Source of the DNA: Parcubacteria bacterium C7867-004
Lineage (GTDB): Bacteria > Patescibacteriota > Minisyncoccia > Phycocordibacterales > Phycocordibacteraceae
NCBI GenBank assembly: GCA_001189075.1
Contig: LFCN01000006.1
Coordinates: 588,866 to 652,865 of the forward strand
Direction of reading: 5' to 3'
Length of the DNA stretch: 64,000 nucleotides
Shown: positions 54,813 through 64,000 of the stretch, piece by piece
How positions within the stretch are numbered: position 1 is the first letter of the stretch
How the letters are laid out: each line of letters starts with the position of its first letter
Made by a program: the position numbers and the translations under genes
The notes under the pieces: model-generated
What the model was told of the DNA's origin: nothing
What the model saw: only the letters and a program-made list of their open reading frames with translations
The model's database searches: none

Positions 54813-57800
54813 CTACTGAACCGAGCTCTGTACGGTCTCTTCGGCAAGCGCAGCGCGCTCAACCTCGAGTGCACGCTGCTCAACCGCACGGCGAGCCTGC
54901 ATCTCGTCGATAGCATCGTGCTTCATGGAGCCCTTGAAGCCGGTACCAGCCGGGATGAGGCGACCGAGGATGACGTTCTCCTTGAGACCGCGGAGCGTAT
55001 CAACGGAACCCTTGAGGGATGCGTTGATGAGGATCTTCGTGGTCTGCTCGAAGGAAGCGGCCGAGAGGAACGAGCGGCGGGAAAGCGCCGACTCCTTGAT
55101 GCCGAGCACCATCTCGCGAGCCTTCGGCGCGATCTTCCCTTCCGACTCCATGAGCTTGTTCTCTTCCTCGAGCTCCCAGTGCTCGACCACGTCGCCCACT
55201 GACCAATCGGAATCTCCGGTGTCGGTGACCTTCGCGCGAGAGAACATCTGGCGGACGATAACCTCGAGGTGCTTGCGGGACACGGATGCACCCTGCAGCT
55301 CGTAGATCTTGCTCGTCTCCGCGATGATGTACTCCTGCACGAGTGCGCGGCCTGCGTTCTCGAAGAGCTCGTCGAGGTCGGCGGAACCATCAGAAAGGAG
55401 CTGGCCCTTCTTAACGACGTCGCCTTCCTTCACGAGCGCCTGGCGAGGATAGGTCAGGAGGTACTCGATGTTCGAGCCTTCCTTCTTCTTGCCCTTGCCC
55501 TTGGTCTTGTACTCAGCACCTGCTTCAGGGGTAACCACGACAACCTTGTCGCGACCCTCGTCGCGGACTTCGAGCACGAATCCTTCGGTCTTCGAGACGG
55601 CTGCCGAGTTCTTCGGCGAACGCTTCTCGAACACTTCCTCGATGCGAGGAAGACCGGATGTGATGTCTCCGCCGACGGAGGCGGTACCTCCAGCGTGGAA
55701 GGTACGCATCGTGAGCTGGGTTCCTGGCTCGCCGATAGCCTGTGCAGCGATGGTTCCCACTGCTTCTCCGAGATCAATCGGAAGCTGCGTCGTGAGGTCC
55801 ATTCCGTAGCAGGTAACGCAGATGCCGTAGCGGGTCTCGCAAGACATAGGCGAACGAACGGAGACGGTCGTAACCGCTTCATCCGCCGCGATGGTGAGCG
55901 AGTCTTCCGCGGTGACATAGCGACCCTTCTTGAGGCCGGCTGCGTCTGCAGCGAGAGTACGTCCGCGAACGGCTTCAGCGAAGTCGATCTTGATGCCGGA
56001 CGCTGAGATGCGGTTGATCGCGACGCCACGCTTCGTACCGCAATCAGCTTCCGTGATTATGGAGTCCTGGGCGGTGTCGAAGAGGCGGCGCGTGAGGTAT
56101 CCCGCGCGTGCGGTACCGAGCGCGGTGTCGGTGAGACCCTTACGCGCGCCGTGAGTGGACATGAAGTACTCAACCGGGTTGAGACCTTCGGTCATCGAGG
56201 ACACGATAGGCACCTCGATGGTCTCGCCAGCCGTGTTCTGGATGAGTCCCTTCATACCGGCCATCTGCGTGAGGTTTCCGATGGAACCGCGAGCGCCGGA
56301 GCGCACCATGTCATGGACGGAACCGGTCGGATCGAGCGCGTCTTCGACGAGCACCTCGACTTTCGTCTTTGCGCCGTGCCAGACCTCGATAACCATGCGG
56401 CGCTTCTCGTCAGCCGAGAGGAGACCGTCCTTGAAGTCGCCTTCGATCTTTCCGACCTTTGCGCGAGCTTCAGCGATGACTGCTCCCTTGCCTTCCGGCA
56501 CGGACACGTCGTCGAGCGACCACGAGACGCCGGACTTGGTGGCGTACTCGAAGCCGAAGCGCTTGACCTTGTTCACTATCCCTGGGATCGAGTCGATGCC
56601 GTACTTCACGATGCAGTCGCTCATGATGCCGGTGATGACCTTCTTCGAGATCGCGTCGTTCACGTACGGATAGTCCGCAGGAAGGACGGTGTTGAAGAGG
56701 AGGCGTCCGACGGTGGTCTCGAAGATGCCGTCGCCCATTGCTGAATACTTCGGCTTGCCGGCTACCGGAAGCACGTGGATCTTCGCCCTTAGATCTATAG
56801 CGCCGTACTCATGCGCGAGGATGGCTGCGTTCGGAGACTGGAAGTACGTGTCCTCACCCTTCGCGCCTGGCATGAGCTTGGTGAGCCAGTAGGTACCGAG
56901 CACGATGTCGAGCGGCTTCTGCGTCATGACGATCATCTCGCCGGATCCCGGCTTGAGGATGTTCTTGTTCGCAGACATGATGTTCGCCGCTTCCCACTGC
57001 GCCTCTTCGGAAAGGGGCACGTGGATGGCCATCTGGTCGCCGTCGAAGTCAGCGTTGAACGCCGGACACACGAGCGGGTGCAGCTGGATAGCGTCGCCCT
57101 CGATGAGGCGGGGGCGGAACGCCTGGATACCCTGGCGGTGGAGCGTCGGAGCGCGGTTGAGCAATACGTGCTTGCCCATAATCGCTTCTTCGAGGATCTC
57201 CCACACCTCAGCGACGCCGTCCTCGATGAGGCGACCCGCACCACGGATGTTGAAGGCGAGCTCGCGCTCGAGGAGTCCTGCGATAACGAACGGGCGGAAG
57301 AGCTCGAGCGCCATGTGCTTTGGAAGACCGCACTCGTCGAGCTCAAGGTCAGGACCGACGACGATCACCGAACGGCCGGAGTAGTCGACGCGCTTTCCGA
57401 GCAGGTTCTGGCGGAAGTAGCCCTGCTTACCCTTGAGGTAATCTGCGAGCGACTTGAGCGGACGGCGCTGTGCTGGGGTGAGCGCTCCTGCGGATGCTCC
57501 TCCCTTGCGGATGGAGTTATCGAGGAGTGCGTCTACTGCTTCCTGAAGGATGCGCTTCTCGTTGCGGAGGATAACCTCCGGTGCGTGGATATCGAGGAGC
57601 TTCTTCAAGCGGTTGTTGCGGTTGATGACGCGACGATAGAGGTCGTTCACGTCAGACGTTGCATGGCGGCCACCTTCGAGGGCTACCATCGGACGGAGTG
57701 CTGGCGGGATAACCGGGATCTTTGTGAGGAACATCCACTCAGGGCGGATATTCGCGGCGGTCATGCTCGTGATGAGCGAGATGCGCTTGGCAAGCTTCTC

Positions 57801-58577
57801 ACGCTCAGCGGCTGCAGCCTTAGGGTAGCGCTCTTCGAGCGTGTCCTTGAGCTTCACGAGATCGAGGTTCTTGAAGAGGTCGTAAATAGCCTCTGCACCG
57901 ATCTTGGCCTCGAACAGGGTTCCGTAACGGACTGAGAAGCGGTGGTACGCGACCTCGTCGAAGACGCGGCCGACAACCACGGAGTCGATCTCCTGCTTGG
58001 CGAGCGTCATGCGCTCCTTGAGCGCGTCGCGCTCCTTGTCGTCATTGATGCTCTTGTGCTTCGCCTTGTACTCAGCCTCGAGCTCCGAGAGGAGGCGCTT
58101 CTTCACGTCTTCTGCGACCTTGGTTACGATGTAGCCCGCGAAGTACACGACCTTCTCGAGATCGCCCGACGGGATGCCGAGGATAAGCGCCATGCGGCTC
58201 GGCATGGAGCGGAGGAACCAGATGTGCGCTACCGGAGTAACGAGCTCGATGTGGCCCATGCGCTCACGACGGACGATGGAGCGAGTGATCTCGACACCAC
58301 ACTTGTCGCAGATGATCCCCTTATAGCGGATACCCTTGTACTTGCCGCAGTAACACTCGTAGTCGCGCTCAGGACCGAAGATCTTCTCGTCGAAGAGTCC
58401 GTGCTTTTCAGAGCGCTGGGTGCGGTAGTTGATGGTCTCCGGCTTGGTGATCTCGCCGCGGGACCAAGAGAGAATGCGCTCAGGCGACGCGAGCGAAAGA
58501 CGCAGTGCGTCCCACTCGTTCGCGCGAGGCATCGGCGGTCGCTTTCCTGAATTCGAGCCCATAGAGAAATTAGCCAT
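54813..58577 (-). CDS. rpoC: DNA-directed RNA polymerase subunit beta'
   Basis: 1254 aa with the NADFDGD catalytic motif and zinc-binding Cys motifs, directly downstream of rpoB. Confidence 0.95.
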   Translation of the reverse strand: MANFSMGSNSGKRPPMPRANEWDALRLSLASPERILSWSRGEITKPETINYRTQRSEKHGLFDEKIFGPERDYECYCGKYKGIRYKGIICDKCGVEITRSIVRRERMGHIELVTPVAHIWFLRSMPSRMALILGIPSGDLEKVVYFAGYIVTKVAEDVKKRLLSELEAEYKAKHKSINDDKERDALKERMTLAKQEIDSVVVGRVFDEVAYHRFSVRYGTLFEAKIGAEAIYDLFKNLDLVKLKDTLEERYPKAAAAEREKLAKRISLITSMTAANIRPEWMFLTKIPVIPPALRPMVALEGGRHATSDVNDLYRRVINRNNRLKKLLDIHAPEVILRNEKRILQEAVDALLDNSIRKGGASAGALTPAQRRPLKSLADYLKGKQGYFRQNLLGKRVDYSGRSVIVVGPDLELDECGLPKHMALELFRPFVIAGLLERELAFNIRGAGRLIEDGVAEVWEILEEAIMGKHVLLNRAPTLHRQGIQAFRPRLIEGDAIQLHPLVCPAFNADFDGDQMAIHVPLSEEAQWEAANIMSANKNILKPGSGEMIVMTQKPLDIVLGTYWLTKLMPGAKGEDTYFQSPNAAILAHEYGAIDLRAKIHVLPVAGKPKYSAMGDGIFETTVGRLLFNTVLPADYPYVNDAISKKVITGIMSDCIVKYGIDSIPGIVNKVKRFGFEYATKSGVSWSLDDVSVPEGKGAVIAEARAKVGKIEGDFKDGLLSADEKRRMVIEVWHGAKTKVEVLVEDALDPTGSVHDMVRSGARGSIGNLTQMAGMKGLIQNTAGETIEVPIVSSMTEGLNPVEYFMSTHGARKGLTDTALGTARAGYLTRRLFDTAQDSIITEADCGTKRGVAINRISASGIKIDFAEAVRGRTLAADAAGLKKGRYVTAEDSLTIAADEAVTTVSVRSPMSCETRYGICVTCYGMDLTTQLPIDLGEAVGTIAAQAIGEPGTQLTMRTFHAGGTASVGGDITSGLPRIEEVFEKRSPKNSAAVSKTEGFVLEVRDEGRDKVVVVTPEAGAEYKTKGKGKKKEGSNIEYLLTYPRQALVKEGDVVKKGQLLSDGSADLDELFENAGRALVQEYIIAETSKIYELQGASVSRKHLEVIVRQMFSRAKVTDTGDSDWSVGDVVEHWELEEENKLMESEGKIAPKAREMVLGIKESALSRRSFLSAASFEQTTKILINASLKGSVDTLRGLKENVILGRLIPAGTGFKGSMKHDAIDEMQARRAVEQRALEVERAALAEETVQSSVQ

Positions 58578-58587
58578 ATATCAGGAG

Positions 58588-61500
58588 TTACGCGGACGCG
58601 TCGGTGTAGCCCTCCATCGGTTCGATGTCGAGCGCGAGACCGCGGATCTGGTTAGTAAGGACAGCGAAGGATGCCGGAGTGCCTGAGTGACTTACCGGCT
58701 CGCCCTTCACGATCGCATCGAAGGTCGCGGAGCGGCCCTGGATATCGTCGGACTTAATCGTGAGCATCTCCCGGAGCGTGTATGCCGCGCCGTAACCCAA
58801 GAGTGCCCACACTTCCATCTCGCCGAAGCGCTGACCGCCGTTCTGCGCCTTTCCGCCGAGCGGCTGCTGGGTGATGAGGCTGTACGGACCAATGGAGCGC
58901 ATGTGGATCTTGTCCTCCACCATGTGATGGAGTTTGAGAACATACATATATCCGACGGATACCGGCTGCGCGAACGCTTCTCCGGAACGTCCGTCGAAGA
59001 GCTGCATCTTTCCGGACGCGTCGAAGCCTGCCTTGACGAGTTCCTCGCGGATCTCGGCATGGGTCGCTCCTGCGAACGGAGGCACGATTGCCTGGTAATC
59101 AAGAGTGTGTGCGGCGAGTCCGAGGTGAAGCTCGAGAATCTGTCCCAGGTTCATACGGGACGGGACGCCGAGCGGAGTGAGGATGATGTCGACCGGATTG
59201 CCGTCCTTGTCGTATGGCATGTCCTCAACCGGAAGCACGCGGGAGATAACTCCCTTGTTTCCGTGGCGACCGGCGAGCTTGTCTCCGACCGATACGTTAC
59301 GAACCTGCGCTACGGTTACGACGATCTTCTTAATGATGCCGCTCTCGAGCTGGTCGCCGCGCTCGCGGGAGAAGATCTTCACGCCGATGACACGGCCGCG
59401 CTTTCCGCCGTCCATGCGCAAGCTCGTATCCTTCACGTCCTTGGCCTTGTCGCCGAAGATCGAACGAAGGAGACGCTCCTCAGGCGTGAGCTGGGTCTCG
59501 CCCTTTGGCGTTACTTTTCCGACGAGGATGTCGCCCGGACGCACTTCAGCGCCGATGCGGACGATTCCCTCTTCGTCGAGGTTCTTCAATCGAAGTTCAC
59601 CGACGTTTGGAATATCGTGGGTCGTAACCTCGGCACCAAGCTTGGTGTCGCGGACTGCGGCCTCGAACTCCTCGATGTGCACCGTGGTGAACTTCGATTC
59701 CTCAACGAGGCGCTCCGAGACGATGATGGCGTCCTCGTAGTTAGCACCATTCCAGCTCATGAAGGCGACGCGGACGTTCTGTCCGAGTGCCATCTGGCCC
59801 TGGTCCGACGAGGATGCGTCAGCGAGGACATCGCCCTTCTTAACCTTGTCGCCGGTTGCGACGATAGGGCGCTGACTGAATGCCGAGTTCTGGTTGGTCT
59901 GAGTGAGGCCCTGGAGCTTGTACTCATGATCCTTTCCTGTAGTCGGGGTAACCACGATGCGGCGCGCGTCAGCGTACGACACGACACCTGATTCCTGAGC
60001 CAGAATGAGACGTCCGGTGTTGCGGGCTGCATGGCCCTCGATACCGGTAGCAACCAGTGGAGCCTCAGGGATCAAGACCGGGGTCGCCTGCTTCTGCATG
60101 TTCGAGCCCATGAGCGCACGGTTCGCGTCGTCGTGATCAACGAACGGAATCATCGCGGTAGCAGCCGAAAACATCTGATAGGTGGATGCGTCGATGTACT
60201 GGATCTCCTCGCGAGTAACGACGGCCGGCTCGCCACCACGGCGAGCTTCAATAGAGTCAGGAACGATGCGCAGCTTCTCGTCGACAGGGGTCGCGCCGTG
60301 GGCGATGACATAGTCCTCCTCTTCAAGTGCGTTGAGGTACTCGACCTCTTCGGTAACGACGCCGTTTTTGACAACTGCGTACGGAGTCTCGATTACGCCG
60401 AACTCGTTCGTGCGCGCGTGAAGCGCGAGACGAAGGATGAGTCCGATGTTCTGTCCTTCAGGAGTGTGGATCGGACAAAGGCGTCCGTAGTGCGAAGGGT
60501 GCACGTCGCGGACCTCGAAGCCGGCACGCTCGCGGGTAAGACCTCCGGGACCAAGAGCGGATAGGGTGCGCATGTTCTCGAGCTCAGCAAGGATGTTCTG
60601 CTGGTCCATGAACTGCGAGAGCTGGTTTGCAGTGAAGAACTCGCGGACCGAAGCTGAAAGCGGGCGCGGGTTCACGAAGGCCATTGGAAGCGAGGTCTCG
60701 CTCTCAATCGTCGACATGCGGTCCTGGATGTTGCGCTTCATGCGGGACATACCGACGCGCATGCGGGCCTGGAGGAGCTCGCCAACGAAACGGACACGGC
60801 GGAAGCCGAGGTGATCGATATCGTCCGGAACCGCGTTTGCGTCCTGGTTCATGCGAGCGATCTCTCCGACGATGCGGATGAGGTCCTCAAGCGATAGTGC
60901 GCGGTTCTCGAGCGACTTCTTGTCAGTTGGGAGGCCGAAGCGGGCGTTCAAGCGGTGACGGCCGACCTTGGAAAGGTCGTAGCGGTCAGCGGCGAAGAGC
61001 GCGTTCACGTACTGCTTCGCGTTCTCCGGGGTCGCGAGATCACCGTCGCGCATGCGGCGGTGGATCTCGACGTATGCGTCCTCGATGGAAGCGGCGGTGT
61101 CGTGCGCGAGAGTGGTGGTGAGTGCGGCAGTCGCGATGTCGTCGCCCTTGAACTTCGCGAGGACTTCGTCGCGGGTACCTGCACCGAACACGGTGAGGAG
61201 GTTCGTTACCGGGAACTTGCGCTTGCGGTCGATCTTAACGTAAATAGCGCCGTCGGAATCGGACTCGATCTCGATCCATACGCCGCGTGCAGGGATGAGC
61301 TTCGCACCGAACCACTGCTTACCCTTTACCTCATCAGACACGAAGAACGCGCCGAAGGAGCGGGCGAGCTGCGGCACGATAGCGCGCTCGACGCCGGATA
61401 CGATGAAGCTGCCGTGCGGCGTCATCATCGGAATATCGGTGAGGAAGATCTCCTGCGTCTTCTCGCTGCCGAAGGTCTTATTAACGAGAGTAACGGACGC

Positions 61501-61821
61501 CTTGATAGGTGCCTCGTAGGTGCGCATGTTCTCACGCGCCTCCTCTTCGGTTCCCTTCGGTTCCCCTATCTCGAACCCGTCGAAGCGGAGCTCGAACTTC
61601 TTGCCGGAATAATCCTGGATCGGCGAGAACTCCTTGAAGAGCTCCTTGAGCCCGTCGGCAAGGAGCCAGTTGAACGATTCCCGCTGGTGGCCTACCAGGT
61701 CCGGGAACTCGACGCGCGGAGCGCGGTACGCGCCGAAGGTCTTTGGCACGAGCTTTTTCTGCTGCATGTCAGTCTGTATGTTACTGCCCCCATATACGGG
61801 AAAGGGGCTCATGTACGCCAT
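58588..61821 (-). CDS. rpoB: DNA-directed RNA polymerase subunit beta
   Basis: 1077 aa with conserved beta-subunit blocks (GRHGNKGVISR, rifampicin-cluster region). The true start may be an internal Met. Confidence 0.95.
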   Translation of the reverse strand: MAYMSPFPVYGGSNIQTDMQQKKLVPKTFGAYRAPRVEFPDLVGHQRESFNWLLADGLKELFKEFSPIQDYSGKKFELRFDGFEIGEPKGTEEEARENMRTYEAPIKASVTLVNKTFGSEKTQEIFLTDIPMMTPHGSFIVSGVERAIVPQLARSFGAFFVSDEVKGKQWFGAKLIPARGVWIEIESDSDGAIYVKIDRKRKFPVTNLLTVFGAGTRDEVLAKFKGDDIATAALTTTLAHDTAASIEDAYVEIHRRMRDGDLATPENAKQYVNALFAADRYDLSKVGRHRLNARFGLPTDKKSLENRALSLEDLIRIVGEIARMNQDANAVPDDIDHLGFRRVRFVGELLQARMRVGMSRMKRNIQDRMSTIESETSLPMAFVNPRPLSASVREFFTANQLSQFMDQQNILAELENMRTLSALGPGGLTRERAGFEVRDVHPSHYGRLCPIHTPEGQNIGLILRLALHARTNEFGVIETPYAVVKNGVVTEEVEYLNALEEEDYVIAHGATPVDEKLRIVPDSIEARRGGEPAVVTREEIQYIDASTYQMFSAATAMIPFVDHDDANRALMGSNMQKQATPVLIPEAPLVATGIEGHAARNTGRLILAQESGVVSYADARRIVVTPTTGKDHEYKLQGLTQTNQNSAFSQRPIVATGDKVKKGDVLADASSSDQGQMALGQNVRVAFMSWNGANYEDAIIVSERLVEESKFTTVHIEEFEAAVRDTKLGAEVTTHDIPNVGELRLKNLDEEGIVRIGAEVRPGDILVGKVTPKGETQLTPEERLLRSIFGDKAKDVKDTSLRMDGGKRGRVIGVKIFSRERGDQLESGIIKKIVVTVAQVRNVSVGDKLAGRHGNKGVISRVLPVEDMPYDKDGNPVDIILTPLGVPSRMNLGQILELHLGLAAHTLDYQAIVPPFAGATHAEIREELVKAGFDASGKMQLFDGRSGEAFAQPVSVGYMYVLKLHHMVEDKIHMRSIGPYSLITQQPLGGKAQNGGQRFGEMEVWALLGYGAAYTLREMLTIKSDDIQGRSATFDAIVKGEPVSHSGTPASFAVLTNQIRGLALDIEPMEGYTDASA

Positions 61822-61956
61822 GAGCCGCGTCCTCGTTCCTGGAAGACGCTTTTTTAAAATCGCACCTGTGTTCTACCCCGCACCCGAGTATCAGCCGTTA
61901 CTCAATCTCGTTCCCTAAATATACCGTGAAGGCTTGGGCGGGGTCAAGGGAGGAAC

Positions 61957-61995
61957 GGGATAAAGAAAAGGCCCGCCGTCCGGTTAAGGAGGCGG
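61957..61995 (-). terminator. Rho-independent terminator of the 62005-62634 gene
   Basis: Reverse complement reads gggcccgcc-n13-ggcgggcc TTTTCTTTATCCC. Confidence 0.5.
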
Positions 61996-62004
61996 GCCCG
62001 AGGA

Positions 62005-62634
62005 TTAGCCTTGAAGGCGATCCGGGAAGTCCGGGAAAGGCGGCTTGGACTTATGATCGTCTGCGTCGAGATGGTACAGCGGGCTAGCCCCGGTAGTGGC
62101 AGGCCTTGGGGCCAGCTTCATCGGGCCCCGCTGTCCGAATCCGTCGCGATTGAGGAAGGCGGTAGTCGCGATCCATGCAAACGCGACACCAGCGGCATCG
62201 AGCATATAGCTCACCAGCCGCCAGCCCTCGGTATCCAACCTGATGCTCCATGCGCAAGCCATGATGGCAAGTACAAGTGGCACTGGAGCGAACTCGAAGG
62301 GCCGATGGTTCGGCTCGTGCATGATCTGCCGGATGCCGAACACGATGAGCGCGAGCAGGACGAGCGCGGCGAGCGGTGCGTACCAGACCGGAACCGACGC
62401 CACAGCGGCGAGCAGGACCATCATGGAGAAGCCGGCCAGGTCCTCCCGACGCTTGCGGCACGCGACCGCAAAGAAGCCGACATTGAAGCAGACCGCGGCG
62501 AAGCCGAGGGTCGCCGAACCGAGCTCGAGGTTCTTGGACGAGCCGGCGCTGTTCATGTAGAACAGGATCATCTGTACCATGAGCGGCACGATGCTCGCGA
62601 TAACCAGGTAGTTAACCAAGCGTTTGGACGACAT
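62005..62634 (-). CDS. Hypothetical polytopic membrane protein (209 aa, ~5 TM helices)
   Basis: Hydrophobic helices throughout; no conserved motif recognised. Confidence 0.5.
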   Translation of the reverse strand: MSSKRLVNYLVIASIVPLMVQMILFYMNSAGSSKNLELGSATLGFAAVCFNVGFFAVACRKRREDLAGFSMMVLLAAVASVPVWYAPLAALVLLALIVFGIRQIMHEPNHRPFEFAPVPLVLAIMACAWSIRLDTEGWRLVSYMLDAAGVAFAWIATTAFLNRDGFGQRGPMKLAPRPATTGASPLYHLDADDHKSKPPFPDFPDRLQG

Positions 62635-62801
62635 GTTCTATTCCCTCAAAGAAGCAAGACTTCGCTGCCGAGTTCGGCAGGCTCGATAAAACTATAACAC
62701 TATATATCTAAATAAGCAATATCTACTTCCCCTCCATTCCCAAATGAAAAGGGCCCGCACAGGAAGTGGCGGGCCCTTGATTGTTGCTTGGCGCGGGTGT
62801 T

Positions 62802-63035
62802 CTACCCGGCCAAGCGGCGGCCGATGATCCGGATGCCTGGCAGGCGGATCTCGCTGGTCGAGCCGCGGGGGGTCGGCTTGATTGCCGCGGCGGGTTCCGG
62901 CGAAGGACCCATCATTTCCTTGACGGTCTTGAGGTCGGTCTTATAGACCGGGCCCCTCTTCCGACGGTAGTGCTTGTAGACGACCATTGCCAGGACCACC
63001 GCCCCGGACAGCAGCGCAATAATCAAGTTCGACAT
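62802..63035 (-). CDS. Hypothetical small membrane protein (77 aa from the internal ATG with a GGAGG SD)
   Basis: TM helix NLIIALLSGAVVLAMVVY then a basic stretch. Terminator ~62745-62780. The track ORF extends to 63113. Confidence 0.4.
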   Translation of the reverse strand: MSNLIIALLSGAVVLAMVVYKHYRRKRGPVYKTDLKTVKEMMGPSPEPAAAIKPTPRGSTSEIRLPGIRIIGRRLAG

Positions 63036-63162
63036 GACAGACGCCTCCCAACAGCGTTGTGCCCCTATGAAAAGGAGACCGGAATGGCACGAGATCCGGG
63101 TCCAGACATTCACTAAAATCGTACGCCTTTAGGGCGATATTGTCAAGGTATAAAAATGTGGT

Positions 63163-63834
63163 CTATTTTGAGATCTGCTTCTTTGCTTTCTTCGACCGGA
63201 ACGCATCAATCTTCTTATGGTCACCGGTCTGAAGCACTTTCGGGACGCGATACGACTTCCCCTCCCACTCGATGCTCTCAGGACGCGTGTATACGTCGGG
63301 AGCAGCGATACGGCGTTCCTCTACTGATTCGTCTTTGCCGAGTACGCCCGGAAGCCTGCGTGTTATGGCGTCCACCATCGCGAGCGCCGGGACCTCCCCA
63401 CCGGTGTAGACCGCTTCGCCAACGGCAAACGTCTTCACGGGCGCCATGGTCTTCAGAATCTTGAGCGCGCGCTCGTCGATGCCTTCATAGCGGCCGCAGA
63501 CGAACACGACCTCGTCGAGCTTCCCGAGCGCGTCAGCGTCCTTGTTCGTGAACTGCTTGCCTGACGGACTGAACCAGATGATCGCTTTCTTCCCGGTCCG
63601 GCGTCCGAGCGACTTCTTCACTGCCTTCACTACCGGCAGCGCCGTCATAACCATGCCGGGACCTCCGCCATACGGACGCTCGTCCACCTTACCCCAGCGG
63701 TTCGTGACATAGGTGCGCGGGGACTGATACTCCACTTTTACCTTCTTGTTCTCGCGGGCGCGTCCCAATATCGATGCGCTCAGGTACGCATCACAGGCTT
63801 CCGGAAAAAGAGTTATGAGATGGAATCGAATCAT
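63163..63834 (-). CDS. trmD: tRNA (guanine37-N1)-methyltransferase
   Basis: MIRFHLITLFPE....RPYGGGPGMVM and AdoMet-binding knot motifs. The track ORF extends upstream without a stop. Confidence 0.85.
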   Translation of the reverse strand: MIRFHLITLFPEACDAYLSASILGRARENKKVKVEYQSPRTYVTNRWGKVDERPYGGGPGMVMTALPVVKAVKKSLGRRTGKKAIIWFSPSGKQFTNKDADALGKLDEVVFVCGRYEGIDERALKILKTMAPVKTFAVGEAVYTGGEVPALAMVDAITRRLPGVLGKDESVEERRIAAPDVYTRPESIEWEGKSYRVPKVLQTGDHKKIDAFRSKKAKKQISK

Positions 63835-63838
63835 GTCT

Positions 63839-64000
63839 CTAGAGAGTGTAGAGGACCTTGAAATTGCCCCTGAAGAACGGGTGCGTAGGGTCCCCCTCAC
63901 CAAGTTCGCCAAGTCGAATAGCCGCTCCGGCACTCGTGCTAAAAACTCCAACCTCGTCGCCTGCTCCACCGAACCAACACTGCGCAGCTGCTACTTCACC
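63839..64000 (-). CDS. Partial CDS (C-terminal ~54 codons) of an unidentified gene ending 4 nt before the trmD ATG
   Basis: Open frame ...GEVAAAQCWFGGAGDEVGVFSTSAGAAIRLGELGEGDPTHPFFRGNFKVLYTL*. Its position fits a rimM/KH-type neighbour, but the sequence does not establish identity. Confidence 0.25.
   Translation of the reverse strand, partial: GEVAAAQCWFGGAGDEVGVFSTSAGAAIRLGELGEGDPTHPFFRGNFKVLYTL

Noticed and set aside
54925-58550. Multiple + strand ORFs antisense to rpoC (for example 55269-56006, 56151-56744, 56811-57935, 57942-58550)
   Set aside because: Shadow ORFs of rpoC with low-complexity Arg/Asp/Val composition.
58687-59991. Long + strand ORFs (434 aa here; also 60031-60564 and 60955-61857) inside the rpoB locus
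   Set aside because: They lie antisense to a clearly conserved rpoB reading frame and are Arg/Leu/Asp-rich with no motifs. They are typical high-GC shadow ORFs.
62005-62634. Possible exosortase partner for the PEP-CTERM proteins
   Set aside because: Only 209 aa with ~5 TM helices. It is too short and lacks recognisable exosortase Cys/Arg motifs. It is kept as a hypothetical membrane protein.
1-64000. CRISPR arrays, rRNA, tRNA
   Set aside because: No regularly spaced direct repeats. No rRNA-like conserved blocks. No T-loop GTTCGAATC-type signatures outside coding context.

Overview
High-GC (~58-60% overall, compositionally patchy) bacterial chromosomal segment, gene-dense on both strands. 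I find no rRNA, tRNA or CRISPR. Core informational genes are present: nrdA and nrdB (with two small genes between them), hisS, dnaG-rpoD in the classic order, rpoB-rpoC, trmD, prmC/hemK and a UvrD-type helicase-nuclease. Both RNA polymerase large subunits are short, rpoD carries a lysine/alanine-rich histone-H1-like N-terminus, and DnaG has a degenerate zinc ribbon. These features suggest an uncultured, possibly Patescibacteria/CPR-like, lineage, but this cannot be proven from the sequence alone. Accessory content is rich. At the left edge there is a 3'-truncated SpvB/TcB-like FG-GAP repeat secreted protein. A ~6 kb high-GC patch (3.7-9.7 kb) encodes secreted and surface proteins, including a beta-helix protein and two tandem PEP-CTERM proteins. 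A SET-domain protein lies near a hybrid MASE1 histidine kinase. There is a peptidoglycan-hydrolase cluster (VanY-M15, GH18, 3D-domain). A CPBP protease sits beside an OmpR/HK two-component pair and an ABC-2 exporter. Other calls are an alternative-oxidase-like di-iron protein, a eukaryote-type phosphomannomutase, an RRM/RGG RNA-binding protein, and EVE, DUF45/YgjP and DUF1360 proteins. Two low-GC paralogous PemK/MazF-family toxin genes have no adjacent antitoxin ORF, but each faces a conserved convergent sigma70-type promoter; this is the most system-like novelty candidate. A second candidate is a pair of duplicated small genes with conserved stop-codon-in-hairpin terminators, convergent with an ATP-grasp-like (possibly circularly permuted) enzyme. 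Many clean Rho-independent terminators are visible, often ending in a TTTTCTTTT-like tail. Long ORFs antisense to rpoB, rpoC and nrdA are high-GC shadows.
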